A DNA stretch of 63,960 nt, filler included, from Xylographa opegraphella (taxonomy: Eukaryota), in assembly GCA_022813865.1 (NCBI GenBank). It is 7 parts of 7 records of this genome, joined end to end, with 100 filler letters (N's around TTAATTAATTAA, not from the genome) between each part and the next. Parts side by side here need not be neighbours in the genome. Positions count along the whole stretch, not along the records: positions 10,143 to 20,027 come from JALDZX010000178.1; positions 20,128 to 29,984 come from JALDZX010000179.1; 5 more parts are not named here. One strand, given 5' to 3'. The notes beneath the pieces are model-generated. The model saw nothing but the letters and a program-made list of their open reading frames with translations, made no database searches and was not told where the DNA came from. This document shows, piece by piece, positions 12,159 to 24,921 of this stretch (positions are counted from its first letter, which is position 1; every line of letters starts with the position of its first letter). Both the position numbers and the translations under genes were made by a program.

Positions 12159-12401
12159 GGAACATCAAAGGCAAGTTACGACAAAGTAGCGATTATGGAA
12201 GGGTGCACTTGTAAAGTTCCACACGATATCGAATTCAAACGTACCTGATCTATGCACCTTCGAATGAGATTAAAGTACGTCAGCGACATTACCATTGATA
12301 GCTCATGTACACCCAGCTCGTGATGCTATGCAAATCACCTGGTTCAGATCAATGGGAATCGCTTCGCTCCAATATGCCAACTTCACCCACACGGTATATA
12401 A

Positions 12402-15400
12402 TCACATTAGTCGCCTCATTTCGAAGTTCTCCATTCCCATCCTTTCCGGTGATTTTCCCACGTCTCGAGAGTCCCATGTCGACAAACTACTGACTTCCTC
12501 CGAACTGTTGGTTTCGGTTTTGATGGCCTGCGGGCTTACCATGCCTGTTTTTGGGTCAAGCTTAGCAGAAGTGGGGCCCGACTCAGGAATATCTGCCATC
12601 CCCTGCTCCATGAGGTCTTGGTCTGCCCCGTCAGCAACAGTAGCCCTTCCACGTCTGCCGAAGAAACGGTTCCTATGAATAGTAGAGCGCGACTTATTTG
12701 GTCGAGATTGAGACTCGGTTGACGAGCGATGCAATCCGAATCGAGTACGCACATCTGCATCACGTGAGAGCCTGGAGGTGATACGACCGAGACCTATGTT
12801 GTCGTCCTCGTCTTGTTCTTGTACGGTTTGGTTACGAATGTTTCGAGAGTGGGGGATAGACGATTTGGAGATGTCTGGTAACCGGATGTGAGGATTGTCG
12901 TCATAAACGTCCGCCATCATATTGCTTGCGCTAACGTCTTTCATACCGAGAGAGAAATCGACGCGTTTAGACATTGAGGAAACGGATTCACCTCGCTGTC
13001 GCCCGCTACGGTTTATAAAACTTCCACTACGATATGTAGAAGAATAATGGCGAGGCAGACTGGTGGAAGCAGGAACGAACGGAATGTCTCGCGCATCTCG
13101 AGCCACAAAGCCTGATTCCGGTCCGAGCCCCGTTCCTGCATCTATATTACTGGCTGTTGGACGAGAAGGTGGATGTTGTACGTAGAAAGGAATATCTTCC
13201 TTCTGGCCTGGAATTCGCATACGAGGCCCTTCAATCCCTGCTTCTTGCATAGATACCATCAAGGCACAGATGAATTTGTTTCGCCGTTGAAGCCGGAGGC
13301 CTTCGTTTTGCCAATTTGACTTATAGAAGAAAACCACGTTGAGATTGATAGAGTGCGCTTCCACCACATCTCGAATTTCGGTAAGAATATTGCCTTGATA
13401 TTCGCGTTTTTCTTCCTTCACAAAATCAAGGAGTCGACTGCGAAGCTCATCGAATTGCTCTAGTGTAGTGCCAAACTTCACTGTCAACGGGACTGCTTCA
13501 GCGAGTCCACCAGATCGTCTCATGTTCAGAATGAACAAAGTATTGAGATAGCTGTTTGGTGCTTGTACCACATGACCCTCCATCTTCTTGAATTCGGTGA
13601 ACAGAAGTGAAATCTCTTTGACAAAATAGTCGTCGCCTTTCATCGTCGCTCCCGTATTACCGTAGATAGTAACCCGATCACCTACGTCGAAAGGATGCTT
13701 CACAAACACGAATATGATAGATTGAAGAAATTCTTGTGCAGTCGCCGATAAAAGCCAGGACAGGGCGAGGACCGTCGACCCTGCAGACGTTAGGACACCT
13801 GCAGCAGAAGTTGATATTAAGCTTATAAAAATGACTATGGTCACACAGATAACAACAAACAGCAAAATACCATCTAACTTCGAGATGACAGAATCCAAGT
13901 CCTTTAGAGAAGCGGTGATGGACTTTCGTTCTCTTCCGATCTCCACGCAAACGGATTCCAGTTCCTCAATGGAAATGTCACCGTTGAGGTCTTTATCGAA
14001 CATGGAGAATGCGGCATCAGCCTCCTCATTATTCTCGAAAGCGTTCTTCATGTCGTCTGAGTACACAGTCTCGGTCCCTTCACGAACGAAGGTTCTGAAT
14101 AAACGCCGTGCGAGAACCTGACTTCCAGTGGTGGAGTTGAGTAACATTAGCACCACTTGATGTGGATGCGTACTCCTAGTGACCTGCTTCCCGATGAAAT
14201 CACCGGCGACTTTCCCGGCTACATCTCCGACTTTGTTAAAGGCCTGTGCGACATTCTTCTGAGCTTTCTCAATGAGTTGTGCAGGTGTACGAGCCCCCGA
14301 TGTCGGACCAGATCGGCCTCCTTCTTCGAATTCCGAGTCTTCTAAAGAAATCTTGTCCTTCGAATATTGGTATAACTTGACGAGGCTTTGGATTTGGAAT
14401 TTATTCAACTCGATTCGATCAGCATAAGTACGCAGATGGAAGCTAATAGCAATAAGTTGGATGGTGATCTTTTCAACAAAGTTCAGGGTTGTTCCTATGA
14501 AGATCGAAACGATAATCGTGTTACCAGTCTTCTTCCATGTTCCATCTCCAGTATATCCATTAAGAATGTGGTTGTTCATGATGGGAAGAAATGAGATCTC
14601 GACTGCAAGCCACCAGAAAAATATGGTTGCAGGAACTTCTAGTTGTTTTCCCATATCTCTCCACTTCTTACTGTTATTAGTAAACAGACTTGAGACAAGT
14701 CCAAGAGGCCATGGAACCATTTTAGCAACTATCTAGTCTCATTTATTAGTCCTGAGAACGCTAGCTTAGGAGAACTTGAATTACTCTTCCAGCCCACAAA
14801 GTTAACCATACGAGCTCCAACCAGACAGAAAACCAAATGAGTTCGACACCCCCAACGGTAGCATTTTTAAACACCAGAGCACCCAGAAGTAGTGGCACAA
14901 GTAAAATAATTACAACCGGTGTGATGTATGTGAAATATCGAATCAACGAGCTCGAGTTGTGGATTTTTTTGAAAAGTTTGGCCAGTGTAGTCTTTGGGCG
15001 ATCTGGTGGCCTGTACAGTGCAGTCTTCTCATGGACGGGATTTGTAGCGATATCGAACTCATCTACATTGTCGGATCGCCGTGACTTCGAGCGTGAGACA
15101 GATGCGGATGGATCCAAGGATATGCCTAGACGCCCTTCACGGGCATTCGAAACTACCCGTTCCGCGTGAAGAAGTGTAAGGTCATCGTCCAGTCGAGATT
15201 CCTGTGCTCGAGTTTGCGAGGGAGATGGTTGAGAATATAATTGTTGCTGGGAGTCATCCGAGGTGCTCAGCACTAGATAATTCGTAGCACGCTCAACCTC
15301 CTCATCGCCGATAAAGGCATTCTCTTCGGCTGAAGGTTGAGACGTGACAAAGTGGTTCAGATCAAAGCGGGGCTCGGGACGCTCATCCACCGGAGTTGTC

Positions 15401-15402
15401 AT
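12402..15402 (-). CDS. MscS-family mechanosensitive ion channel (fungal Msy1/Msy2-like, with EF-hand)
   Basis: Exons 14761-15402 and 12402-14720 regions; FDKDLNGDIS EF-hand, FVFVKHPFDVGDRV, VQAPNSYLNTLFILNMRRS. Confidence 0.93.
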
Positions 15403-15829
15403 TATGCTGCTTGAATTGACCGCTCACAATAGAATACACAACACGCCGCCACTAGGCAAACGGATTCAGCTGTGTAGATAATCAACTTGGGTGTGGTAAG
15501 GATTACCTCTGGAGCGCCGGCAAGTTGAGGTAGTATTTCCGTTACGGTTCGGAGAGAGGAGACTTGTGCACCACGATGCTATTAATGTACATAACGAAGC
15601 ATAACATATAAGAACAAATAACAAATAACAAAGAATGAAAATAAAGAATGAAGAATGAAGAACGACCGACGGTCGCCTTACAGAACGTCATACTGGAGAC
15701 CTTGCCTTAGTCCAATCAGACCGTTGAGGGTCGAGAATCGGCGAATTGCTCCGCTGCCCCTCGCGGCGGTCAGAAAAAGCGGGCCGTACTGACCAAATTC
15801 GAACATAAACATTGCGAATGCAGAAGTTT

Positions 15830-17950
15830 CTTTCTAAATTATTTACGCATTCACGTCAATTAATCAATTAAAATTTTCAAAAATGGTTTAAATATCTGCC
15901 AAAAATTATCAATATAAATAGTAAATAAACAGAAAAATGATATATAAATAATTTATTTATATATAAAATGGTCGCAGTGTCGAATGAGTGTTTAATATAA
16001 TTAATAAATCTCGATTATTATAATCGTCGCGAGCCCCTCAAGAATCCTTGTTCATACGTAAATCACTTTTAATTTTTTTATTGCAACGTAGTTACTTTAA
16101 AAATCAAAGGGGTTCAAATCAAATATCGATCGTTAATAAATAAATTGTTTCGCTTCCATCAGTATTTTATTTGTTGTTTAAATTTAACGTTTAAAAAGTT
16201 TTAATACTGTTAATTTAACAATCGATAATATAATTTAAAAAAATATCATTATTATAAATATTTATATTCGTAAAATATATAATTATTTTAAATTTAATAT
16301 TATATTTAATACTATTTAAAATCGAAATTTAAAAATTTATTCGTTTTATAATATTTGTATATTTCGTTTCGACCGATTTTTTTAAATTGATTTCAAATAA
16401 TTATTCAAAAAAATATTAATTTAATATTTTTATATTATTAAATAAAAAACATTTTTTATATTTTTATATTATTAAATAAAAAACATTTTTTATATTTTTA
16501 ATCGCTAAAAACGCCTCGCATATAAAAAACTTAAAAAAAAATAAACTCGAACATTCGATTCAATTATTTTGATAATAAAATTAACGAATAAAAATATTAT
16601 TCAATAACGGAAATCGATAGAAATACGCTCGCGTTTAATAACGTATGAAAAATTAAAGCGATATCGTAATTTTTTTATTGATTAATATTTTATTTAAATA
16701 GTTCGATCAATTCTAACGTTAACAATTATAATAATATACGCGATATTAATACGTAAAATTAAATGAATAATTTAATATTAATAATAAGAATTAAAATAAT
16801 TATCCAAAATGTAACGGCGTGTTACATGGCACCTTAATAAGTGATAGACGGAACGGGACTAAAGCGCGTCCGGGACTCAGGCTAGTTCGAAAGCGGTTAC
16901 GAGTCTTGGCGTTAGCACTGTTTATTTTAACTTCTACGTGTATTACTAAACTTGCTTCCTTATATTATTCTAGGTTGAAATCGCTCACCGATAGCTGTGG
17001 TTCTAGGCCTGCTTTTCGGGTGAGATAGCGAGCCGTAACATTAAAAACGAAATAAATTCTTGAAATACAGTTATATTATAATTAATTTTATTATTATATA
17101 TATATATAATAATAATCGCTTTTACGTTTTATTATACGTTATTTTGTGAGTTACAAAAGTTTGGGCTCGAGGTGCAAAGCGTATTTGATTTATTAAAATT
17201 GAAATTACGAAAAGAAGTTTGAAATCGCAGATTTTGATTATATATATATTGAGTTTCCTAAATGGGAAATCACGCCTAAAATGCGAGCATTCAAAAATTA
17301 CGTTTTAAATATAAACAAATAAATAAATAAGTTAGTAAATCGAACGCTATTTTAAAATTTGTATTTTACTGTATTCTCCCCTTCCCCATGCTTTCTGGCC
17401 TCAGAAAATTTTAAAATTGCTTACATAAACAAGATTGTATAAAGTAATAAAAATATATAAAATAATACGAATACAGACGTAAAATAAAAATTCCGCGAAT
17501 ATAAATAAAATATAAAATAACAAGCGTAACACGAAAGTAACGTAAAATATATTGATAAAATATTAATATAAATAAAATATAAAATATAAAATAACAAATA
17601 TAACATAAACGTAACGTAAATTTGTTAACAAAATATAAATACAAACGAAATATAAATTTATTAACATTAAATACGATCGAATAATTATTTATTAAATAAT
17701 AAATTTAATACGAAAAAGTAACTTTTATAAAGAAAATTATTAACGTCGGTACATTTTATTCGATAATTTTTATTAACTCGATAGTTGTATTTTATAACCT
17801 TATTATTTATAAATATATTTAAATCTGCATTTTATATATTTTAATTATATTATTCTTTTAATTATTAACTTTGAATATAATTTATTTTTATTTATTATTT
17901 TAGTAAAAAATAAAATAATTAAAATTCGCGTATTTGCTTTCCGCAGTAAA
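15830..17950. repeat. AT-rich RIP-degraded repeat region
   Basis: Very high AT with mostly CpG retained; 16075-16200 is homologous to 30340-30580 (reverse). Confidence 0.7.
16810..17040 (+). mobile_element. LTR family B, isolated LTR (231 bp, TGTAAC...GTAACA)
   Basis: TG...CA termini; near-identical copies at 29282-29512 (-) and 39538-39754 (+, cut by linker). No exact 5-bp TSD. Confidence 0.85.
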
Positions 17951-19627
17951 TGTGAAGATTATGACATCAGTCACAAGTAATAGGGGTCGGGCTGGATCAG
18001 GACTAGCACCTTGAGTATATAGTCTTGCCCATGGAGCAGCCTCATCGCTTCTCCATCTTAATCTGGGTTAAAATTGTTTATCTAAAGCTTACGTTCTAGG
18101 CGTGCTTGTATGGTGAGCTGATGAGCCGTAACATTAGATTAAGATCTTTAAATACTTATAACGGTTTAAGTATCGTGTCTGTTTTATTTAGATAAGTAGA
18201 TACTTACCGTTCTTGTTCTTATTTTTGTTCTTGTTTTTATTTCTGCTCACGAAGTCCTATCAGTAAATAGGCAATTATTTATTACGTTTTTATTTCTACA
18301 ACTTCGCTATGAACGTTATTCAAGTTATCAACCAAATGCTCGCCAGTATATAAACCTAATTTCAAGCTATTATCGATAATCTATAAGCATAAATAACGGC
18401 ACTGCACGCAGAGCTCGCAAATGTCCGTTTACAGTAAACTACGCCGATGCCTACCGCTCAGCCACGCCATCGCCTTCCTGACCCAGTCAAGTTTGATGGA
18501 AAGCAACATCGCTTTAAGGTGTGGCTGCTAGAGGTCAAAGCAAAGCTCGCTGTCGACGATGAAACAATTAAAAACGATATAATAAAGTTCTTTTATATAT
18601 ACGGATGCCTAGAACCTATGGTACAGGCGATGGTTCTATTACGGTACAGCTAGCCATCGCCGAAAAAAAAATGGGACTACAACACAATTTTACTTTAATT
18701 GTCAAAGGCTTATATCAACCCCAACGAGGTTTTTAAAGCAGAAGAAGTACTGCACGTAGTTAAGCAAGGTAATTAGCTCCTACCTGCTTATATTGCCAAG
18801 TTTGAACGTCTTTTGTATAAAGCCACGGGTCAAGATTAGAACAATACCAACAAAATAATACTCTTTCGTACGGGTTTTTCGCCACCGCTTCGAAAAATGT
18901 TATCGTTGCAACTTGCCCTACCTACGGATTACCCAGGCTATCTTTTTTCAGTTTAATAAATCAATCGTCGTTTTACCCATGCATCGTCTTTTACTCCTAC
19001 GTCTACTCCTACGCCTACCATTTATGCCCATGGCCAATACTCTAATAAAAATAAATGTTTCGGCAATCAATATTAACTCCATTAACAGGGCTCGGTCGAG
19101 TTTACTATTCGGCAGATAGCAATAACGTGAGAAAGGTCTTTATATACGATGTGGATCCGCTTCTTACTGGGTAAAGGCATGCTCTTTACAACCCGCTTTA
19201 CCTTCTGCGAGCAGTCGTCGCCCATTCGTCAAGCCTTAGCCTTCGGCAGACCAATTAGATAGCTTAGAAAACAACTTTAACAACAGTAATAGCGATGGAT
19301 TTAAAAGTGATAGAGAAGAAGGCGATAATGGGTTTGACACAGCTTGGGCTAAAAGACTACTGTCACCATAGGGACTGGGCATTTGTTTGTTTTATTAAAA
19401 AAAGGACTTCTTTCTAGATGTAAAGCCCTCTTTTAAGGGGGGTAGTGTAACGATTATACATCAGTCACAAGTAATAGGGGTCGGGCTGGATTAGGACTAG
19501 CACCTTGAGTATATAGTCTTGCCCATGGAGCAGCCTCATCGCTTCTCCATCTTAATCTGGGTTGAAATCGTCCACCTAAAGCTTACGTTCTAGGCGTGCT
19601 TGTGTGGTGAGTTGATAAGCCGTAACA
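17951..19627 (+). mobile_element. Complete non-autonomous gag-only LTR retrotransposon (family A), RIP-mutated
   Basis: 5' LTR 17951-18133, 3' LTR 19446-19627; PBS TTAGATTAAGATC at 18134; PPT GGGGGGTAG before 3' LTR; internal gag remnant (RLPDPVKFDGKQHRFKVWLLEVKAKL...; decayed CCHC knuckle); no pol. Confidence 0.88.
18310..19372 (+). pseudogene. Retrotransposon gag (capsid-like + CX2CX4HX4C knuckle) with RIP stops/frameshift
   Basis: MNVIQVINQML...PDPVKFDG...W...KL; knuckle LYIRCGSASYWVKACS here versus intact LCVRCGSASHWVKACP in the copy at 58975-59022. Confidence 0.8.
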
Positions 19628-19968
19628 AATTTAATCATGATTAAAAAAATTAAATATATTTAAAAAAAATTGAAAAATAAATCGTAGCAGTAAATTTTAT
19701 ATTAACGATTACTTTTAATATTATCAAAAATTTTAATTATTTTTTATCCGCTTTTCGAAAAATATAAAACAATTAAAAATAGCTTTAATTATTAAAAAAT
19801 TTTCGACGTTAAAAAACTCATTAAATTATTAAAAAAACTCGTTTTAAAACTTTAAATAATACTGCGTTTCAAAGTAGCCAAAGCGACGGGAAAAGAAAAA
19901 ATAAAAATAAAAATATTTATTGTTAAAAAAACTCGTTTAGCCTTGAACGATCGAAATTTTATTATAAT

Positions 19969-20027
19969 TGTTAATTGGTAGAAGCATCACTTGCTGGTAG
20001 GCATAAAGGAATACCTGAAGGCTAGTT
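19969..20027. mobile_element. Probable LTR terminus at contig end
   Basis: Abrupt AT-to-GC switch starting TGTTAATTGG, cut by linker. Confidence 0.4.
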
Positions 20028-20127
20028 NNNNNNNNNNNNNNNNNNNNNNNNNNNNNNNNNNNNNNNNNNNNTTAATTAATTAANNNNNNNNNNNNNNNNN
20101 NNNNNNNNNNNNNNNNNNNNNNNNNNN

Positions 20128-20190
20128 AAATATAAAAATATAAAAATATAAAAATATAAAAATATAAAAATATAAAAATATAAAAATATA
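20128..20190. repeat. (AAAATATA)n microsatellite
   Basis: About 8 tandem 8-mers. Confidence 0.9.
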
Positions 20191-21530
20191 ACGTCGTTTA
20201 TTAAATTTTCATTTATTTATAAATTAATCGAAGTAAGTTTTTTTTAAGCAATATAAATTCGACTTGCGAAAAAAAAGAAAAAGTATATTATTAAAATAAA
20301 ATATTTATTATCGTATTAGTCTGTCGTTAAGAATGTATATAAAATAATTTCGCGTAATTAAATAACGCGAGTGTCGTAAGTTTTTAAATTATAAAATGTT
20401 TATTTAATTTTTAAAAATACGTAGTAAAAACCGCGAAAATATATCTTTATTTACTTCTATCAAAAGAGTCACGTAATAAAGAATCGCAGGGTTTATTGAT
20501 ATTTTTTTAAGCGCGTAGTAAAAATCGCTCAATTTTTTTTTATAAAAAACGCGTAATAAATAATCGTAATAAAGATTAATATTAAATTTTATAATAAATT
20601 ATTAAGTATTAAATTATTTCGTACGATTAATCATTTTAATCGTTCAAACGCGAACCCGGGTTTATAATCATTTAAAATAAATAAATTAAATTATCATAAT
20701 AAGATCAGTATTTTTAAATTATTTGTTAAAATATATAAAAAAAAATGTTTTTTTCTTGAGGAAAAAACTTTTTTATATACGATTACGTTATTTAACGATT
20801 ACGTTAATTTAACGACTATATTAAATTAATAATAATTAGGAATTTATATTGTTTTCAGGCAACATAGAAAATATTTTGCCAAATAATATAAATTTTAATA
20901 ATTTTATAATTTATTTTTAATTTTAATTATTATTTAAACCTGTATTTTAAACATATTTTAAACGTATGTGAAACGTATTTTAAACGTATTTTGATATTTA
21001 TTAAAAATATTAAAAATAAAATATTTTTTAAACGTGTTAAATATACTAAATATATTAAATACGCAAAAGTATATTTTTCGCGCTATATAAACGACTCGTA
21101 AAACTTTAAATTTTCAGCAAGAGTTTTTTTGCTAATGTTTTTAAAATATAGTTAAAAATAAAATAAATTATAAAGTTTTAAATTAACGAATATTATTCGT
21201 GAATATTCGTTAACGCTGTAACTTTATGAATTTTCAACGTAATTTTCAGATTTTAATAAATTTAAATTTTTAACGTAAAATTAATTCAATTATATATTTT
21301 CATTATTTATATAAATTAATTTAAATATATATTTACATTATTTGAATAAATTTATTAAAAAATCTGCTTGAAAAATTCAAAATAGATTTTTCGAATATTT
21401 TTTTTCGCTTAATCAATTTTTATTTGTTCTTAATAATCTTTTATTCATATTTTTTAAACGAATTAATTCTTTTAAAATATATATATATTTACCCCAACGT
21501 GGCAGTATATCTTTACGTAATACTAAGAAT

Positions 21531-21727
21531 TGTTAGAAATAGAGTCCCGGCCTGCCTGCAGGATAGCGAGAGCTGCTAAGCGAGAGCTCGGGCCGCNNTA
21601 GGCCCGGTGACGCTAGTGCGCGAGCATATAGTCTCGTAGTTGTTCATAGCTAATACAACACACTTGTTTATCCATATATTCTGCTAGAATGACCACTGCG
21701 CTTCAGTACCCATCGTACCTTTCAATA
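21531..21727 (+). mobile_element. LTR family C (197 bp), Copia-like
   Basis: TGTTAG...TTCAATA (RIP of CAACA); near-identical to 40407-40603. Confidence 0.85.
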
Positions 21728-23012
21728 TATTTTATATTTTATTAATTGTTTTAATTATAAAATTATGTAATCGTATTATTTATTTTTATTTTAGTATTTA
21801 AAATTATTTTAAACTTTTTAAAACATAATTTTTATATTTTAAAATTAAAAAAAATACTATAAAAATCGTTAACGATTCGTTTAATTATATTAACAAATAA
21901 ATTCCTCGATTTGATACGAAAATTTAAATATTAAATAAAACTTCCGTTCGTTTAAATACGTATTTATATAATCGTAAATTTTTATATAATTTTTATAAAT
22001 CTTATTACGTTTTTTATATATTATATTATTTTATTTTATAATACTGTTATTTCTTAATTCAATCGCGAGGTGATTAAAAACGTATTTTTATTAATGATTT
22101 GATTTTCAAACGTTATATATTATATATAATTATCATCGTCGTTTATTCGTTCTTAAATTGCAAATATTATAATTTATGCCTTCATATATTTATTTTCGTT
22201 TATTACTATAACGATTAAAATACATAATAAATATAATAACTATTGAAGTATTAAATACTATTGCGAGTTATCGATAATATTTATAGGCAATAAACTCGTG
22301 TATCAGAAACAAGCCGCTGAGCGACAGCCAGGAGGACGATGTGGTATTTCAAGTGAGCTTCCAAGTATGTCAATTAGAGGAGCCATATATCAGCCCGAAA
22401 GAAATTTTTGTTCCAGACAAAATCCTATAAGACGTTCTTTCACAGCAATTCAAGGCATGGAGCTGAACAATACCGCGAGTCATAACTGGTTCAGTTTATC
22501 TCTAAGTCATTTGTAGATCTCCCCATACTCTCATCTGCCCCCAAACGAAACCAAGAACCTATACAGCCAAGAACGCAACGGCACGATACTGTGGCGCAGA
22601 TCTGCGTTTCAAGCCGAACGCCTTTCTCAACTCCTGTCAAACATAGATGATCGGACGCGTATCGAAGGCGTTTGACGCTGGTCGTATTCCTTAGTATAAT
22701 ATGACTCAAGATAGGAAACAAGTTCATCTCCCATGTGGCGAATAGATTTTTATCTCTCTTTCAGCCTTCTTATTTTAGCGTCCGAGGCTTCACCAAAGCC
22801 TGCACCGACGGTAGGCATCTCCACAATTGCATGCTCACTAGCAGAGAAAGTGGTATAAATCCATGATCTCATTCAGACCCGCGACAAAGACAAGTAAAGC
22901 GCTGCCGAGTTGTGCGAAATATGGTGACGGTAGAACTCTCCGATCGGGTCCTCAACACCTCGCTAAGGGACCAAAAATTCGTGAGATTATGGAAAGCTAT
23001 AAATAAATGTAA

Positions 23013-24147
23013 TCATAGGTCGTAATTCTTGTAGACGCAGCTGCAGAAATCTTGACTAGATTTTGTACTAAAACCATTGGTGATAGGTGCACCAAGGTCT
23101 CCATTTGTTACTTCGAAACATGCCGGTACATTAAACCCGCCGCTTTTACTCTGGGAAACCTGAATCGCGAAAGGCCAAGATTGGAAGCCGCCAGTAGTAA
23201 CATTAGCTTCATTGTGGGTGGATGAGTTTGACAGATAAGAACTAGGGACTCGGGTAAAGAGACTAGCTTGGAGTTGGGTGTCGTTGAATTGGCAAGCAGC
23301 CATCATGTTGTCCGAAGTTATCGAGGTCGAAGGTATCACAACTTTCTGGTTGGGAACAGAAAATAAGTACCGCTCGTTTGCGGCCCCTTTGTCGGCCACA
23401 GTCAGTGGTACGTCAGCAAAATTGATAGCAAACGGATTGCCGGTCGAAGAAATTGTCAGATTGTTTTCTGACCCTGCGATTATCCAGTTGAATGTGGCCA
23501 ATGCCAAAGAAGGCGAGTCTGCGTATGTTGCATACGGGTAACACCGCCAAGTGGCCGAATTTGAAGTGCAATTTGTAGAGACTGAGTCCAGAAACGTATT
23601 CAAGGAGTAAGATCCAACGGGGAATGGACCTGTAGGATCTGACGCAGGAGAGATCGTGGGCAGAGATGACGGCGGAACCGAGCTGCAGAATGACAGTCAG
23701 TAAGACGTTTTCTAAAGCATGCGGCAAGGCATACGTGCTACGGTAACTCCTATCTCGTAGACCAATGGTCAACCCCACGGTCAGCGCGATAATGATCGCT
23801 ATGACGATCAGGACGAGAAGCAAAAGTCTCTTCCAACCTCCTCTTCTAGCTATATGCCTGTTGTTATTAATGCTGTTCCTCAACTCTATCAACCTCTCGG
23901 ATCTGGGACCAGTGACATCCCACATGCTATATTTCGGCGGCGGCGACTCGAAACTATCCCTTGGCGGAGAGACTGGGAAGAATATACGGCTGAATGGGCG
24001 TTGCTGGGACTTCGACGGCTTTCGAGGTACAGGTGGCACGTCACCATCCTCCACGATAATTGACAGTCGCCCATCAACGGGTCGAGGAATAGTGAGCTGA
24101 GAGATATTTCGATGAACGCGCCATTGGGAGGACCCACCACTGGACAT
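23013..24147 (-). CDS. Conserved fungal single-pass membrane protein (often labelled 'Tat pathway signal sequence' protein)
   Basis: Pro-rich N-terminus, RRGGWKRL + hydrophobic helix (LLLVLIVIAIIIALTVGLTIGL), intron, then FPLGSYSLNTFLDSVSTNCTSNSATWRCYPY...CSCVYKN. Confidence 0.75.
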
Positions 24148-24921
24148 ACCCACACAATGCCGGCGGCGGAATAAATGCCGTGACCGATCTGGTCCACCAG
24201 AATATGACTCTAGACAGAAGCGATTCTAACAATTGAACATACTCGTGGCCGGGGTTGATACAGAGGCAGTAGGTTGCATGAAACAGCGGAGGTAGCACGA
24301 AGTTATCGAGGCCGAGCTCCCAGCACCGGATGACTGCATCGAAAATGCGGTTGTTTAGTCGATACTCATCCGCAGCTTGCAAATCGAACAGGCACCATGA
24401 CGCCTCTAGTGGTTAGTGTTCAAGCGATTTCGGATTAGATCTGTAAATTCAGGTCCGTTGAGCCAATGGCGGCCGTTCAAATCGCATACTACGTACGGTC
24501 AGGACCTATCGGGTTCGCAGGGGATTGAAAACGGAGTACTCCGTAATGCATTTCGGGTTCAGTGGCTCAGTGGCTAGGTAGGATAAAGTAATCAGTGCGC
24601 CTCGGTGCCGTTCCAATTGCCATTTCAGCCTGTGTGACACCAATGTTATCGCTCTTGCCGGTGCATTTAGGCAAAGCACGGGCAACCGAAAGGTACACAT
24701 ACGTAGGCAGTACCTTAGGTACCTTAGCTAGTATCTGCATGGGCCTGTCCCGGCCCCGCTTCGAATTCCCCACTTAAAGCGCGAGGGGCAGTCAATACGT
24801 TGTATTTCGAAGATTCATTTTCATTCTAAGAACATAGGTTGCCCCTCAGCACATTTCCATGAATTCTGTCTTATGCTCATCAAGGTCCGTACATTTCTTC
24901 TGTTGACAAAAGACAAACCTG

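Noticed and set aside
16819..17028. Short ORFs within LTRs (also 29294-29524, 40342-40572, 59096-59380)
   Set aside because: Incidental frames in non-coding LTRs or off-frame to gag.
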